From Carcharhinus amblyrhynchos (lineage: Eukaryota), in NCBI GenBank assembly GCA_965287045.1, contig OZ336880.1:57908001-57972000 (forward strand): a stretch of 64,000 nucleotides of DNA. The letters are read 5' to 3'. Within the stretch, counting starts at the first letter, position 1; the number at the start of each line of letters is the position of its first letter. A program made the position numbers and the translations under genes. Below the pieces are notes generated by a model. It was not told the origin of the DNA. It searched no databases and saw nothing but the letters and a program-made list of their open reading frames with translations. Below are positions 37,724-50,655 of this stretch, piece by piece.

Positions 37724-39206
37724 TTATGTCCTGACCCCAAGGATTCTATCCAAAAATTACTCCACCTGTCACTGGGTGGTCTTGTCTTTAACCACACCTT
37801 TTATTTCTCCCCTGAGATCCCATGCCAAACATCTTACCACTTTCTTACTCATTTTCTGTTGGAAAAGTGTTCTTGACATTTTATTATGTTGTCCAAAAGA
37901 CTCTGCCAAGATGGAAGTAGCCAGAAAGTGAGATAAATTTGCATTGATTTGTGAACTTTTGACTCTTATTAATTTGACATAACCTCTTCTTCTTGTGATG
38001 CTCATTCCAGAATGAAAGTGCCAATGCCATTCTCCGGCTGCCCGATTCAGCACCAGGAGGCCATGATTAAACCTAACCCCACTAAGTTTTGATTTGCTGC
38101 CTCAGGTGAATTTTTTTGCTGGTTGTCCTCAACAACTTCATGGTCACGTGGCTGTTTTACTCTGAAACATGACTGTCGTGAATATTTTTGCATTCCTTAT
38201 TCTAAGCTGCTTCCAGCAATTGTAATATACATCCTGTAACAATGACAAATTTGCAAATAAAGATAAAGATTTTTAAAATGTATGTTAACAAACTAAATTT
38301 ATCGTAAGATGAAAATTAATAGATCTCAAAAAGATAAGTTTAATTACAGGGAATTTCTACATATTGTTTTATTCATTACTCATTCAGGAGCTCCCAGTGT
38401 AAATATCATGGAATAATTAATGACAGATTTTGTCTGAAAGCAAAATGTAAAATATAGATGAATTATTGAGTAAGACTTGCTAACAGGACAAGTTAAATAG
38501 CAATGTTGGGTGTTTGGGGATAGCATTAGAATTGACTTGTAGCTCTCATCCAAACTACTTATAAAGTATACGAATTGCTGTGAATTCTGATTTACTTTTC
38601 ATGATGTGTAGCTTGTAGAAAATATTAATTGTACTACTGTCCTAGAATTAGGCGGCTTATTTCTCTCCAGATGCCTAATATGTGTAATCCTGCATCATTT
38701 TGCTTTTAGTTTGGCAGAAGTGGTTGTGTAATGGACCTGAGGCATCTCGCTTAATAAATCACATTGAATATTACTGCCAATGCATATTTTGTATTGCACT
38801 GTCTATAGGTCCTAAGTTTAGATCAGCTACATAGCCAGGTGTGTCATTTGTAAATGTGTGCTGAATTTCACTTCTCTCTAACATGAGCAACAAGGCCAGG
38901 AGTAAGGCTATTCAGCCCTTCAAGCCTTTTCTGCCATTCAATAAGCTGAGACACTGGGCAAAATTTTCCCATATTTGCTAGCAGTGTCAGTGAGAAAACT
39001 GATGAGAATCCCACCAGTGACATCAGTGAAAAAAATATCGTATCTTCCGCCACTTTGAAAAAGGAAACATTTTTCCATGTGTTTCATGCTGCAGTCATGG
39101 CTGTTTGCCTCTGTTTTGCCTGCCTGGAATTACTTCATGTCAGCAATCAGTGAGTGAGATCCTTTTAAACGCTTCCCCAGCACTCCTTCCAAGTCCAAGC
39201 AGGGGG

Positions 39207-40500
39207 ATGGCAGCCAGGAAGAAAGCACCACATTTCTCAGAGAGAGCCCTGGCCAAGGTGCTGGATGGGATGGTGTAGAGGTGTGACATCCTCTACCCTC
39301 ACATGGGTAGATGACCTGCCAGCAGGGTCACCAACCCCGTATGGGAGATGGTGGCAGTGAGAATGAGCACCAGTCCGCTACATAAGAGGACAGGGATCCA
39401 AGTGCAGGAAGAAGATGAATGACTTGCTTCGTGGGGTTAGGATACGTCAGCTTCCTCATGTGTCCATCCGCATCGCACCACACCCATCACACTTGCATGG
39501 TGATCTCTCACCCAGCCGCCTCGCAAGATCCCAACACTCATCCTGCCACCTGCACTCCCACCTTGAGTCCCCATCGTCGTCCAGTGACTTCTGTCTGTCT
39601 CATATCCCTGCTCCCACTGACCTTCCACACATGTCAGACTTCATTACCATCTAACCTGGCACAAGTCCTGCCCTACATTCTCTCCACCTATCTCATTGCA
39701 GGATAAACTCGGAGCACAATAGGCGCGAGTAGACATAGCCAGCCATGTGACGGCTGAGCTGAAGGCCCTCATACAGTTTGAGGAAAGAGCTCTTGGGATG
39801 ACTGGTGAGGAGCAGGACTGCACCTGTGCAGAGGGCAAGTTGGGACAAGAGAAAAAAGTGGGAGACCTTAACACATTCAGCCATGGCGCCATCTACACGT
39901 CAGGTCTGTTTCTTCAATCCTTATGACCCTGTCCTGCACCAATGCCAGCTTGCTTTCCTTGCAGGTCAATCGGTTGACTAACCCGGCCCAACCTCTTGCC
40001 CTCTGGAGACCACAGACCCAAGCAGCTCCAGAGGAGACATCTCAGAGACCAACATCGAAGGGTCAGCACAGTTGTCACCCTGACCTTCCACCAGCACAGA
40101 TATTCACACCTCAGTGAGAATAACTAGTAGGCAGACTTCTGCATCACTCACTGGTGAGCCCCTCATAGCCGATGATCCACAGCAGGCAGAGGCAGGGTCT
40201 CACTTGTACTCAGGGGATGCCGGAACCTAGGACTCTGCTGAGCCCCAGGCCAATGATGTTCCCCTAGGCCTGGTCGTCCCAGTGCTGCTGGAGCCTCAAA
40301 AGCACAATCATATCAGGAAGGGATCCCTCTTCAGCCTGCAAGGTCAACTGGAGGTGTCCCATTGCCTTCTGTCCGAAGAGCTGTTGCCATCACATGAGGC
40401 CAACACTGCCAACAGTGGAGACCTTGATGCAAGATACATGGTCCATGATGAGGGATGTCCACTCCATGGTTTAGGTCATGATTTCCACGTCTAAGGGAGG
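39207..40500 (+). pseudogene. Decayed Harbinger Myb/SANT-like gene with three recognisable exons (39207-39441, from 39702, from 39965) in an element spanning about 38957-41195
   Basis: MAARKKAPHFSERALAKVLDGMV*RCDILYP...WEMVAVRMS...RTG../CRKKMNDLLR. Exon 2 follows TCTCATTGCAG and reads HNRRE...FEERALGMTG. Stops and frameshifts are present, and there is a TIR-like GGGCAAAATTTTC at 38957. Confidence 0.8.
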
Positions 40501-41529
40501 GAGCTCCAGGGCTCCAACTGCATGGTGTAGGCCTTTGTGGGAATCCACAACTGTTGGCGCCAGAGGACGGCAGGGATTCTGGATTTCAATCCAGCTGCAA
40601 CTCTATCAGATGAGGTCAACAATAACGATGGCCCACCATGGCTGCAAGCAAGCCCCCAGCTCCACCCACCACAAAGCCTAGACTCAACACCCACCCCCCG
40701 GTCCCAAGAATTACTTTGCTGATTACTGCCCCCCCCCACACCCCCACACCCCCACCCCTCCCCACACCCCCACACCCCCCACCAATCCCCTGCCACCATC
40801 CCCAACCTCTCCAATGCCTCTTTCCATTTGACTGTCTGCTGGATAATGGTAACCTATGTGCTTGCTTCTGATTTCTCCCTGGGAAGTGAGGTCACAGGTT
40901 CATGTTTCTATAGAGATGATGTAAATCACGCCGGCAGAATATCGCACTGACACGGAGTGATTATTCAGAAAGGGTGTAAATCCTGATGGGATGGCTCGCA
41001 AATGAAATGCTCATGTAATTAAATGAGGTTCCAGACCTTCCAGGGTGGAAGCCTTCTTACGTCACAGCACAGGATGTGGAAAATCAGGAAGCAAGATCTT
41101 GCCCGCAGGCAAGAATCTCATTTCCTGTCTGTGGGTGGGATTTTGCACCCATGTCACCATTTACTCTGACAGCGAGCATGGGTTCAAACTTGCACCAATC
41201 ATCTCAACATCACCTTCATGCGCTAGTCCTTTATCCTCTAATTCCCTGTGCATTATCTGACCATTATCACAGCGTTGCTTGTGTGATCACGTGCAAGCAC
41301 AACTGTGCATAAACACATATGCAAATGTTGTGGTTGCCATGTTCCATACTTCACAACAGTGACCTCATTTCACATGAATGTTGTTACCTACAAAGTGCTT
41401 TGAGATGGCCTAAGGTTGTGAAAAGAGCTACATAAATTATAGCATTTTTATACCAGGCATGCCTATTAATCGAATGGATTATTACTGCAAGAATGCAATT
41501 CCTTATACGACCTCCCACCAAAAATCATG

Positions 41530-42990
41530 TGGCTCTATCAAGGTTTAAATCTTAAGAGAGAAATAAGAAATAGAAACGTTTGAATTTTTTTCTCTCAGAG
41601 GGTTGCGAGTCTTTGGAACCCTCTTTTCCACTGTGGTGGAGGCAGTGTCGTTGAATAATTTTAAGGTGGAAGTCAAAAGATTTTTGGCTAACTAGGGATT
41701 CAAAGCATATCAAAGGTTGATGGGAAGTTTGCAGATGATATTAAAATTGGCAGAGTTGCGGATAGTGATGAAGATTGTCAGAGAATAAACAGGCTATAGA
41801 TAGGTAGTACAGAGGCACAGTGGTTAGCACTGCTGCCTCACAGCACTGTGGCCCAGGGTTCAATTCCTGCCTTGGGTCACTGTCTACGTGAAGTTTGCAC
41901 ATTCTCCCTGTGAGCGCGTGGATTTTTTTCTAGGTGCTCTGGTTTCCTCCCACAGTCTGAAAGACATGCTAATTAGCTGCATTGACCCAAACAGGTGCTG
42001 GAGTACGGCGACTAGGGGAATTTCATGGTAACTTCATTGCAGTGTTAATGTAAGCCTTACTTGTGACTAATAAATAAGCTTTAAACATTTAAAAATGGGC
42101 GGAGAAATAGCAGATAGAATTTAATCCGCACAAATGTGAGCTGATGCATTTTGGTAGATCCAATTCAGGTAGGAGTTCTAAAACAAATGGCAGAACCATC
42201 AGGAGCATTGACACATAGAGAAATCTGGGAGTACAGGTCCACAGATCCTTAAAAGTGGCAGCACAGGTGGAAAAGGTGATGAAGAAAGCATATGGTATGC
42301 TTATCTTCATTGGATGGGGCATCGAGTATAGAAGTTGGCAAATTATGTTACAGTTGTATAAAACATTAGTTAGGCCACATTTGGAATACTGTGTCCAATT
42401 CTGATCACCACGCTACCAGAAGGATGAGGAGGCTTTGGAGAGAGTACAGGAAGATTTACAAAAAGGATGTTGGAGGATATTAGCTATGAAGAGAGGTTGA
42501 ATAAACTGGGACAGTTCTCCCTGGAAAAATGGTGGCTGAGGCTGATAGAAGTTTATAAAATTATGAGAGGCATAGATAGAGTGTACAGTTGGATGCCTTT
42601 TCTCAGGGCAAAAATGACAATTACAAGGGGGCACAAGTTCAAGATAAGGGGGAACAGTTTAATGGAGGTGTGCGAGAGAAGTTTTTTACACAGAGGACAG
42701 TGGGAGTCTGGAATGCATTGCCAAGTGAGATGGTTGACGCAGTTACATTGGCCACATTTCAGACTAACCTTGATAGGCATATGAACAAATGGGGAATAGT
42801 GCAATATAAGCGGTTGGTTTAGGTAGGACAACATGATCGGCGCAGACTTGAAGAGCTGAGGGGCCTGTTCCTGTGTTGTACCGTTCTTTGTTGTTTTTGA
42901 ATGCAGAATTGAGGCCACAATCAGATCAGCCATGATCTTATTGATTAGTGGAGCAAGCTTGAAGAAGCTAAATGGCATACTCCTGTGTCT
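41530..42990 (+). mobile_element. Nested CR1 LINEs: older 3' end (41530-41726 and 42900-42990) containing a younger RT fragment (41727-42898)
   Basis: KFADDIKIG at 41726, YKTLVRPHLEYCVQF and LIEVYKIMRGIDRV. Two separate CR1 tails are present. Confidence 0.85.
41803..42082 (+). mobile_element. HE1-head SINE with alternative tail, inside the CR1
   Basis: A and B boxes present; tail CTTGTGACTAATAAATAA. It splits the CR1 between IDR and KWAEK. Confidence 0.88.
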
Positions 42991-43244
42991 AATGTGTGTG
43001 TTTGCACGATCATGTGATAGGCAGCCTCCTGAATAACTGCTTAGCATCAACTCTAGTTTGATATAGTAAGACTGACTAATTTTAAACTCATGAGTATTCA
43101 TTCATTTTAATGTGCAATTGTTGGTGTTTAACAATATGTGTGGAATAATGACCATGTAATTCCATCTCCATATATAACAGTTATTGTTTCTTTTAGAAGT
43201 GCCATAGTGCTTGTTTTACATGTTTTTAATTCCATTGTGTGATA

Positions 43245-43561
43245 TGAGCATCGTCAGCTGAGCCAACATTTGCTGTCCATTGTTACTTGTCTTTGAAGGG
43301 GAAGCTAAGAGTCAACCAAAGAGCTGTGGATCTACAGCAGGCCGGGTAAGGATGGCAGAGATTTCCTTCCCTAAAGGGCATTAAGTGAACCAGATGGGTA
43401 TTACGACAATTGACAATATTTTCATGGTCTTCATTAGATACTTAATTCCAGATTTTTAATGGATTCAAATTTCACCATCAGCCATGGTGGAATTCAAACC
43501 CACGTCCCAAAACATTACCTGGGCCCCTGGATTACTAATCTGGTGACAATACCTCTGCACC
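43245..43561 (-). mobile_element. tRNA-derived SINE (second family) with an L2/Crack-like tail
   Basis: The head matches 23692-23769 in reverse complement; the tail resembles the 44175 LINE tail. Confidence 0.7.
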
Positions 43562-44174
43562 AAGGTGCAATTCTTTTTCTGGATATTCTTTAAACTTCTT
43601 GCTATAGAACAGCATGTTTTAGTCACATAGTGCCAAACTCTTGGGGCAGGATTTTCGGCTACACACACCCCAAAACTGGAAAATCCCACCCAAGATCAAC
43701 AGACATTTGCACAGCCTATCCCCCCATGATGGGAAAATTCCCCTCCCCAGTATCCAGAACATGTTTATGGGCTACCCAGTTTGATGGAAAAGATGTTATC
43801 AAGAAGCAAGAACTGTTTGAATTTGACACCAAAAGATTATTGTAAGATTTTGTGCATTCCACAGCTGGGTGAACAAAATGTCATCACTTCCACAAGTTAA
43901 TTGGTTTGTTTACTCCTTGGGAAGAGTATAAGTTGGATCATGATTTGCCAATTTTCTATTTCCACTAAGAAAATGATTAAGCACCAAAGCGATAGTAGCA
44001 ATTTTGGGATCAATCTCCACTTTTGATTCACTGTTGTTGAAATCTACCATAAAAGATTAGTGATCATTTATTTCAAAAAAGAGGAAAATATAGCCCATTT
44101 GTGTATTAATGAATTTGCTTAAAGTATTATCAAAAACTGATGCTATGACCCACACCAATTCTATACATTTTTAT

Positions 44175-45765
44175 TAATTTACAGGATGTGGTCATTGCTA
44201 ACAAGGCCAGCATTTATTGCTGACCTTTACTGTCCTTGAGAAGATGTTGATCAAACTACAACATGAGCCATCGCAAACTATATAATAAAGGTACTCCCAC
44301 AATACTGGCCCAGAGATAATCAAGGAATGGCAATATATTTCCAGGTTGGTATGGTGTATGACTTGGAGGGGAACTTAGAAGTCTTGATGTTCCCATGTGT
44401 TTATTGGTCTTATTGAAGTGCAGCTCATAGACAGTACCCACTGCAGCAACAACATGGCAGTGATAGAGGGAGTGAATGTGATAGAGGGAGTGATAGAGGT
44501 GGTGAATGAGGTGCCAGTCAAGTGAACTGTATTGTGCTTGATGATATCAAGCTTCTTGACTGTGGTTGGAATGGCACTCATCCAGGAAGTGGTGGGTATT
44601 CCATCACACTCCTAACTTGTATCTTGCAGATGGTGAACATGCTTTGGGGAGCCAGGAAGTAAGTAACTCACCACAAATTACCCAGTCCCTGACTTTTTCT
44701 TGTAGTTACAACATCTATATGCCAAAGTGTCTGGTAAATGGTGAACCCAAGGATGTTGATGATAGGGGATTTTACAATAGCAATGCCACTGATGACAATG
44801 GGAGCTGGTAAGACTCAACGTTTGCAGATAGTTGTTATCTGGTACTTTTTCTGGTACAAATGTTACTTTGCCACTTCTGAGCCCTAACCTGAAAATTGTC
44901 AAGGTCTTAATACAAATGGGAAAAGACTGTTTCATTATCCAAGGAATTGCAAATGAAATGGAGCACTGTGCCATTATCCATGAACATTTCCACATTTGAT
45001 CTGTATTGAAGAGAATGTCACTGATGAAATAGCTGAAGGTAGTTTGATTTGATTTGATTTATTATTGTCACATGTATTAGCATACAGTGATGAGTATTGC
45101 TTCTTGTACACTATATAAAGTATACTGTATAAAGAGAAGGAGAGAGTGCAGAATGTAGTAACATAGAAACATAGAAAATAGGTGCAGGAGTAGGCCATTC
45201 AGCCCTTTGAGCCTGCACCACCATTCAATATGATCATGGCTGATCACGCACTTCCAGTATCCCACTCTTGCTTTCTTTCCATACCCACTTGATCCCTTTA
45301 GTTACAAAACCATGTCCAGCTCCCTCTTGAACATATCTAATGAACCAGCCCCTGCAACTATAGTGTTATAGTCATAGCTAAGGTGTGGAGAAAGATCAAC
45401 ATAATGTGTGGTAGGTTTGATGACGGAGGAGAAGTTCTAGAGTCAGTTGGTACGTGACCTCAAACTTCTGTATTTTTTTCCTGACAAAAGACAGCGGAAG
45501 AGAATATGTCCAGGGTATGTGGAGTCCTTAATTACGCTGGCTGCTTTTCCAAGGCAGCGGAAATTGTAGATAGAGTCAATGAATGGGCAGCTGGTTTAAG
45601 TGATGGACTGGGCTTTGTTCACGACCTTTTCTGGTTTCTTGCAGTCTTGGGCAGAGCAGGGGCCACACCAAGCTGTGCTACCATCAGAAAAGTGATTTCT
45701 ATGGTGCTTTCTATAATTAGGCCTTGGACACTACCTTGAGGAACTCCTGCAGCGATGACCTGTAA
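44175..45765 (-). mobile_element. L2/Crack-like LINE fragment hosting a Rex1 insertion
   Basis: Minus strand GVPQGSVQG at about 45725-45755, then VTFVPEK and PTTVKKLDII, and the tail at about 44180-44250. Confidence 0.7.
45046..45712 (-). mobile_element. Rex1/Babar LINE 3' fragment, itself interrupted by a CR1 tail at 45160-45355
   Basis: Minus strand AWCGPCSAQDCKKPEKVVNKAQSIT..CLGKAASVIKDSTYPGH is typical of the Rex1 ORF end. (CAAAT)n tail. Confidence 0.8.
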
Positions 45766-46699
45766 TGTTCATTCTTTATTATAAATAATCAAATTTGTTG
45801 ATAAAGCAAAAAAAATACAAAATAACAAAGGAAACTGTTGAACTGCTCAGAGATTTTCTACCTTGTTTATTCGTACAGATAAGCATCAGGAAGGATTATC
45901 GTTTCAGGCTTTATCTAAAGGCACAGCAATATGAAATTTGTAAATATATATGAAGCTTTGGGTACTGCATAGAAAGGGCTGCTGCAATTATAATTGATTT
46001 TCTTCTTCTTGGTGTTTAATTTGTTAACCAAATGAATCAGTTTTCAAACTTCAGATCTAAGTAAGTGAATACTGTGCTAGCATTTGCTATTTTGTATGTA
46101 CTTGTGCATAACAGTGAATGTTAAAATTAAAGCGAAACTTGTAAAAAGGAAGCAAATAAAAGTCATACAGATAGAGAACAGATCAGGTGACATCAATTAT
46201 TTTGTTCTTTCAGGAGAACCAGCTATTAAGTAGGTATTTTCAACCGCGCTCATGGATTTGATGTAGTTGACAATGAGTCACTTTCGCAATGGTCTTGCAG
46301 CAACTTACAACAGGTTTTGTTTCATAGTGCCCTTCAGTTTTGCAAGAACTGAGTGACCTTCAGACTTTTTAAAAAGTGAAGGGGACTAAGAGTACCACAT
46401 TTGGTAGCAGTTCATTATACTACTTACGGTGCCATTTCTGCACACACCCTCATTTATATAAGGACACCTTTGGTGCTTACCTTATCCAGATAATATGAAA
46501 CCAGATGTATTAGCTACAGCTTATGTCTTATATTTTTTATCCTACATTTTCCAACAAATCATTTCCTATCTTTCAGAACAAAAGTCCAGAATTCAAATGG
46601 TCCCTGCTAAATTGTGCAGAATGCTTCACTTCACAATTAAAATACATTCTAAATATATCTTTCATGCATTAATGAAAATGTTGATACCAATTTCACAAA

Positions 46700-47500
46700 C
46701 TGTAATAATGCTCCCGACCAACAGAGATCAGATGTGATGGCCTCGCTGGTGGGAATGGATGTTATTGAAGCCCCTTCAAGTGACCCAGAGCAGGCTAAGC
46801 AGTGTCCCTTGGGCAGTGCCAGCCTGGCACCCTGGAGTTGCCAGCCTGGCACTCTGGCACTGCCCACTGGGTACTCTGACTGTGTCCACTGGGCACCATT
46901 ACTGTGTCGGGACAGTGCCAAAGGGTTGGAGCCAGAGTGGGTGGAGGCATGATTGGAGGGGAGACAAGTGGGTAGCTCTGCAAATGTGGGGGAGGGAATT
47001 TGCTGAGGTGGAAGGAAAGAAGGGGACTCTGTCCGGGGGAGCAATCAGTGGGGGAAATGACAGAACTCTACTGGAGGACAATTGCTGTGGTGAGGGGCTC
47101 TCCCTCTGGGAGGGGCCAATCAATGGGGGAGGGAAGGGAAAAATCCAATGGGGGGGGCGCAATCAGCAAATGAGTAAGGAGGGAAATCTGCAGGGCGATG
47201 ATTGGGGAGGGAGGAAGGAAATTCTGTGGAGGGGAGGGGCAATTGGTAGAGGTGGTTGGTGATTTCCACAGTGGGGTGGTGGGTGTGGAAGGAAATCTCC
47301 CAGTGCACAGAGATTGGGCGCCTGTGCAATGGTGCCCTTAGAGCTCAGTAGCTGGCTTCCTCAATGAGCTAAGGCTCCACCCCACCCCATGTTGGTGAGA
47401 ATTGCATGAAAATTGCATTTTCAAACTTGCTGGACAGATGCATCTGAAACTCTTCCATTTCTCACTCATTCAGCACTTAGAATTTTTTTGTAAAATGTTG
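46700..47500. mobile_element. Harbinger-type MITE (partial)
   Basis: Ends TTCAGCACTTAGAATTTTTTTGTAAAAT, like 1369-1400; internal TGCCAGCCTGGCAC repeats. Confidence 0.6.
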
Positions 47501-47925
47501 TCATTGGTCTTGAATTACCATGAGCTTTCAAACGTTCACACAGTCTCGCAGGGATCCAGCCACCAATTACTTCAACTTTTGAACTCTCTGGCTTCTCACT
47601 CATCAACTTCACCAGGTCTGCCCATTTCAGCTGTCTTTAACCTCAGTAAACAGTGCCCTGTTCCACTTGCAGTTCCTCTGTTATCTTAAATTCAAACTTC
47701 CTGGAATTCCTCTTTTCATTCCCTGGTTTCTAGATCTATCCTTTGGTTTCTCTGGGATTTGCGTTCTTGTCCATTATGCCATGGTTCTGCTTCTGTTTCT
47801 AGCGGGGCTGAAAGAACTGTTCTCTCTCTAGCTGCTAAGCTTCTTCTGCCTAAGCCCAGTTCAACCACAATAACCAGGGGTTTAATCTTCCTAAACAAAT
47901 TCTAATTTTACCAAAGAAATTCTAT

Positions 47926-49784
47926 GGGTGGAATTTTATGAGAAGTATTCTAAGTGCCAAGCGTCAAAATTAAAAAAAGAATCGTGTTGGTTTTGTGGCC
48001 GAGCGCCCAGTCACAATTGTATAGCACTTTGGTAAAAAAAAGTGCTGAGATGCAATTCTTGCCAGCGATGGGTTTGGGGCCAGTGGGGGAGGTGGAGCTT
48101 AATCTCAGGGGAGAGAGGGGTGGAGCCTATGGACGCTGGTGAAGCTGGCTTCAGAACACTTGGGCATTATTGCGCAGGCACCCCAATCTCCCAGTCCACT
48201 GGGAGACCCCCTGCCACCCCTCCCACAGACATCAGATGCATCCTCCCAACCCACCCATCATCAGTGGCAGCGTAAACTCCCAAAGCAACACGGGTTGCTG
48301 GCATCAGGGCATTGGGACCCTCCCAGTAAGTCCCTCCGTTATGACCCCTCTACAGCCCCCCCATTGCACTTTTGCCGATCACCTCCCAATCTTCCTATCA
48401 TCCCCGTCTGCCATTCACCCCTCATCAGCAACCCCCAATGTAGATCTCCCCAGTGCATATTCTCTGTAGAGTTTCTCCCCACTGCATATCTCTATGTTTC
48501 TGAACACTGCCTACCTGACACTATCCCCAGTGCCATGCGCTATCACAGTGGGGGCTGCCGATCACTGCCATATCATCACCATAGCGGGCACTGACAGGAT
48601 GAGGATAGTTGTGTGGGGTCCACATTGGGAACTCCTGAAGCATAGTCATGACTGTACCCCCGGATGTCTGTTCAGTGGCTTCCAGGAATGGCTAGCAGTT
48701 CAGACAAATGGGGAAGGGCACATGATGGGTGGCCATTGCAGGAAGCACTGCAGAATCCATGTAGGATGAGGAGTCATGTTAACAACCACGGAACTCCCTT
48801 GATTGTGGCAACAGCTGCCAGACCTGCTGCCTGTTACTGTTAAGGAGGCCTGGAATGGAATGTCAGTGGTCAGCCTTGGAACCTATCCAGCAGACAGATG
48901 GTAGGATAACCATGGTGACATCAATGGGGTTGGGAGTTGACTTCATACGCAACTACTCAGGAGTTATAGAATCATAGAATCCTACAGTGCAGAAAGAGGC
49001 CCTTCGGCCCATCGAGTCTGCACCAAACACAATCCCACCCAGGCCCTACCCCCATATCCCTACATATTATACCCACTAATCCCTCTAACCTATGCATCCC
49101 TAGACACTAAGGGGCAATTTCTTAGCATGGCCAATCAACCTAACCCGCACATCTTTGGACTGTGGGAGGAAACCCGAGTACCCGAACGAAATCCATGTTG
49201 ACACAAGGAGAATGTGCAAACTCCATACAGACAGTGACCCGAACCAGGAATCGAACCCAGGACCCTGGAGCTGTGAAGCAGCAGCGATAACTACTGCGCT
49301 ACCGTGCCGCAGTGTCCAGTGGGAATGCACACAACACAAATCCAAGCCAGTGACGATTCCAATCCTGAGGACCCCCATATTGGCACAAGCCCCCCAAGAC
49401 CCTTAACACATGCATGCCCCCCCCCCCCCCACCCACCCTGCACTTTGGCCTGGGTGTTGGTGCTCAGTGGTACTCACTCCTGCTCACTACTGCTGTGCCT
49501 GAACCACACTTTTACAGAGCAGTAGTGATTTGTGCTGGCATGATGACACAAAGGCGAGGTGGGGAGATTCCAGGAGGGGGGAACAATAGCATGCCAACCT
49601 CACTAATAAGATTGAAAACCATTTTAATTCATGCTAATATGGGCACCAAGTGGATCTTGCCATGAGAAAAGTGAAGATACCAAACCATTTAGTGCAGGTG
49701 TAAATCTGATTTTTAACGTCATATGCAATCTTCTCAGCTCGCCATGCTGATTGACAGGCAAGAAGAGGTGGTAAGATTGTGCCC
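47926..49784. mobile_element. Harbinger-type non-autonomous element with an HE1 inserted
   Basis: TIR-like ends GGGTGGAATTTTAT and GTAAGATTGTGCCC; subterminal ATTCTAAGTGC. Confidence 0.6.
48965..49309 (-). mobile_element. HE1 SINE, full length
   Basis: Reverse-complement head, core and CR1-type tail. Confidence 0.9.
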
Positions 49785-50638
49785 AAAGGTTTAGAATTGT
49801 CAGCAATTTTGGTTATTCTTTCAATTTTAGATTTGAGTTTGTCATGTGGAGTAACAGCTGTTCCAGATTTGCTTGTCCATGTGGTCCACAGACTCAGATT
49901 CCAAGCACATCTTTTTGTTCCAAATGATAAAGTCAGCTACTCAGTTATACAGTAAAAGTATTTTGGAGACATTTTAGCTAGAATTTGGCAACAGTATTTA
50001 GAAAATAAAGCAGACTTCACGTAAGCAATGGTAAAATGAAATATAAAAAGGCAGATGAGTGCTATTTTAACAAAAATGGAAATTAACAACAAAAAAAATT
50101 CCAAGTAGGTAAAATGCAGAATAGGAAAAATAGAGTTCTAGGAACAGTTAAGGGATTAAAGGATTAACTCCATGGTCACGTCTATTCACATGCTAATGTA
50201 TGCAAGGAGCTAATGAGAGGGCAATTCACACCTAGACTAGGTGTGAAAAGGTTTAGGTGTGTGTTTGCATATTAAATCCTAGTTAGCTGTGCCTAACTAG
50301 ATTGCTTTATGAGATTAAATTAGTCCTATCAAGGCAAAAAAGTGATCCTAAAGAAATTAATGGAAACATTTTGGTACTTTGGAATTCCATGCTAATAAGC
50401 AATTATGATATAAAATAATATAATAAGAACAGGCATCGGTATATTGGCAAGAAGCATGTCCTAATACATATTTATCAGTAGTGTTAGGATAATGTGGCAC
50501 TGGTCAGCCCTTAATTACACTTGTCTTGATTCTGCATGCCCAGTAGCGATAGAGCACCAGTCATCCTTTAAATAAAGAATCTAAAAACATAACATTACAG
50601 TCTGGCAATATAGATGTTAATGTTGTTACCCTCTAACT

Positions 50639-50655
50639 TGACTCACAGTGAGTCA
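50639..50655. promoter_or_regulatory. Paired AP-1 sites
   Basis: TGACTCA-CAG-TGAGTCA. Confidence 0.35.

Noticed and set aside
42553-43101. Longest ORF in the track (182 aa)
   Set aside because: Mostly the antisense of a CR1 fragment.
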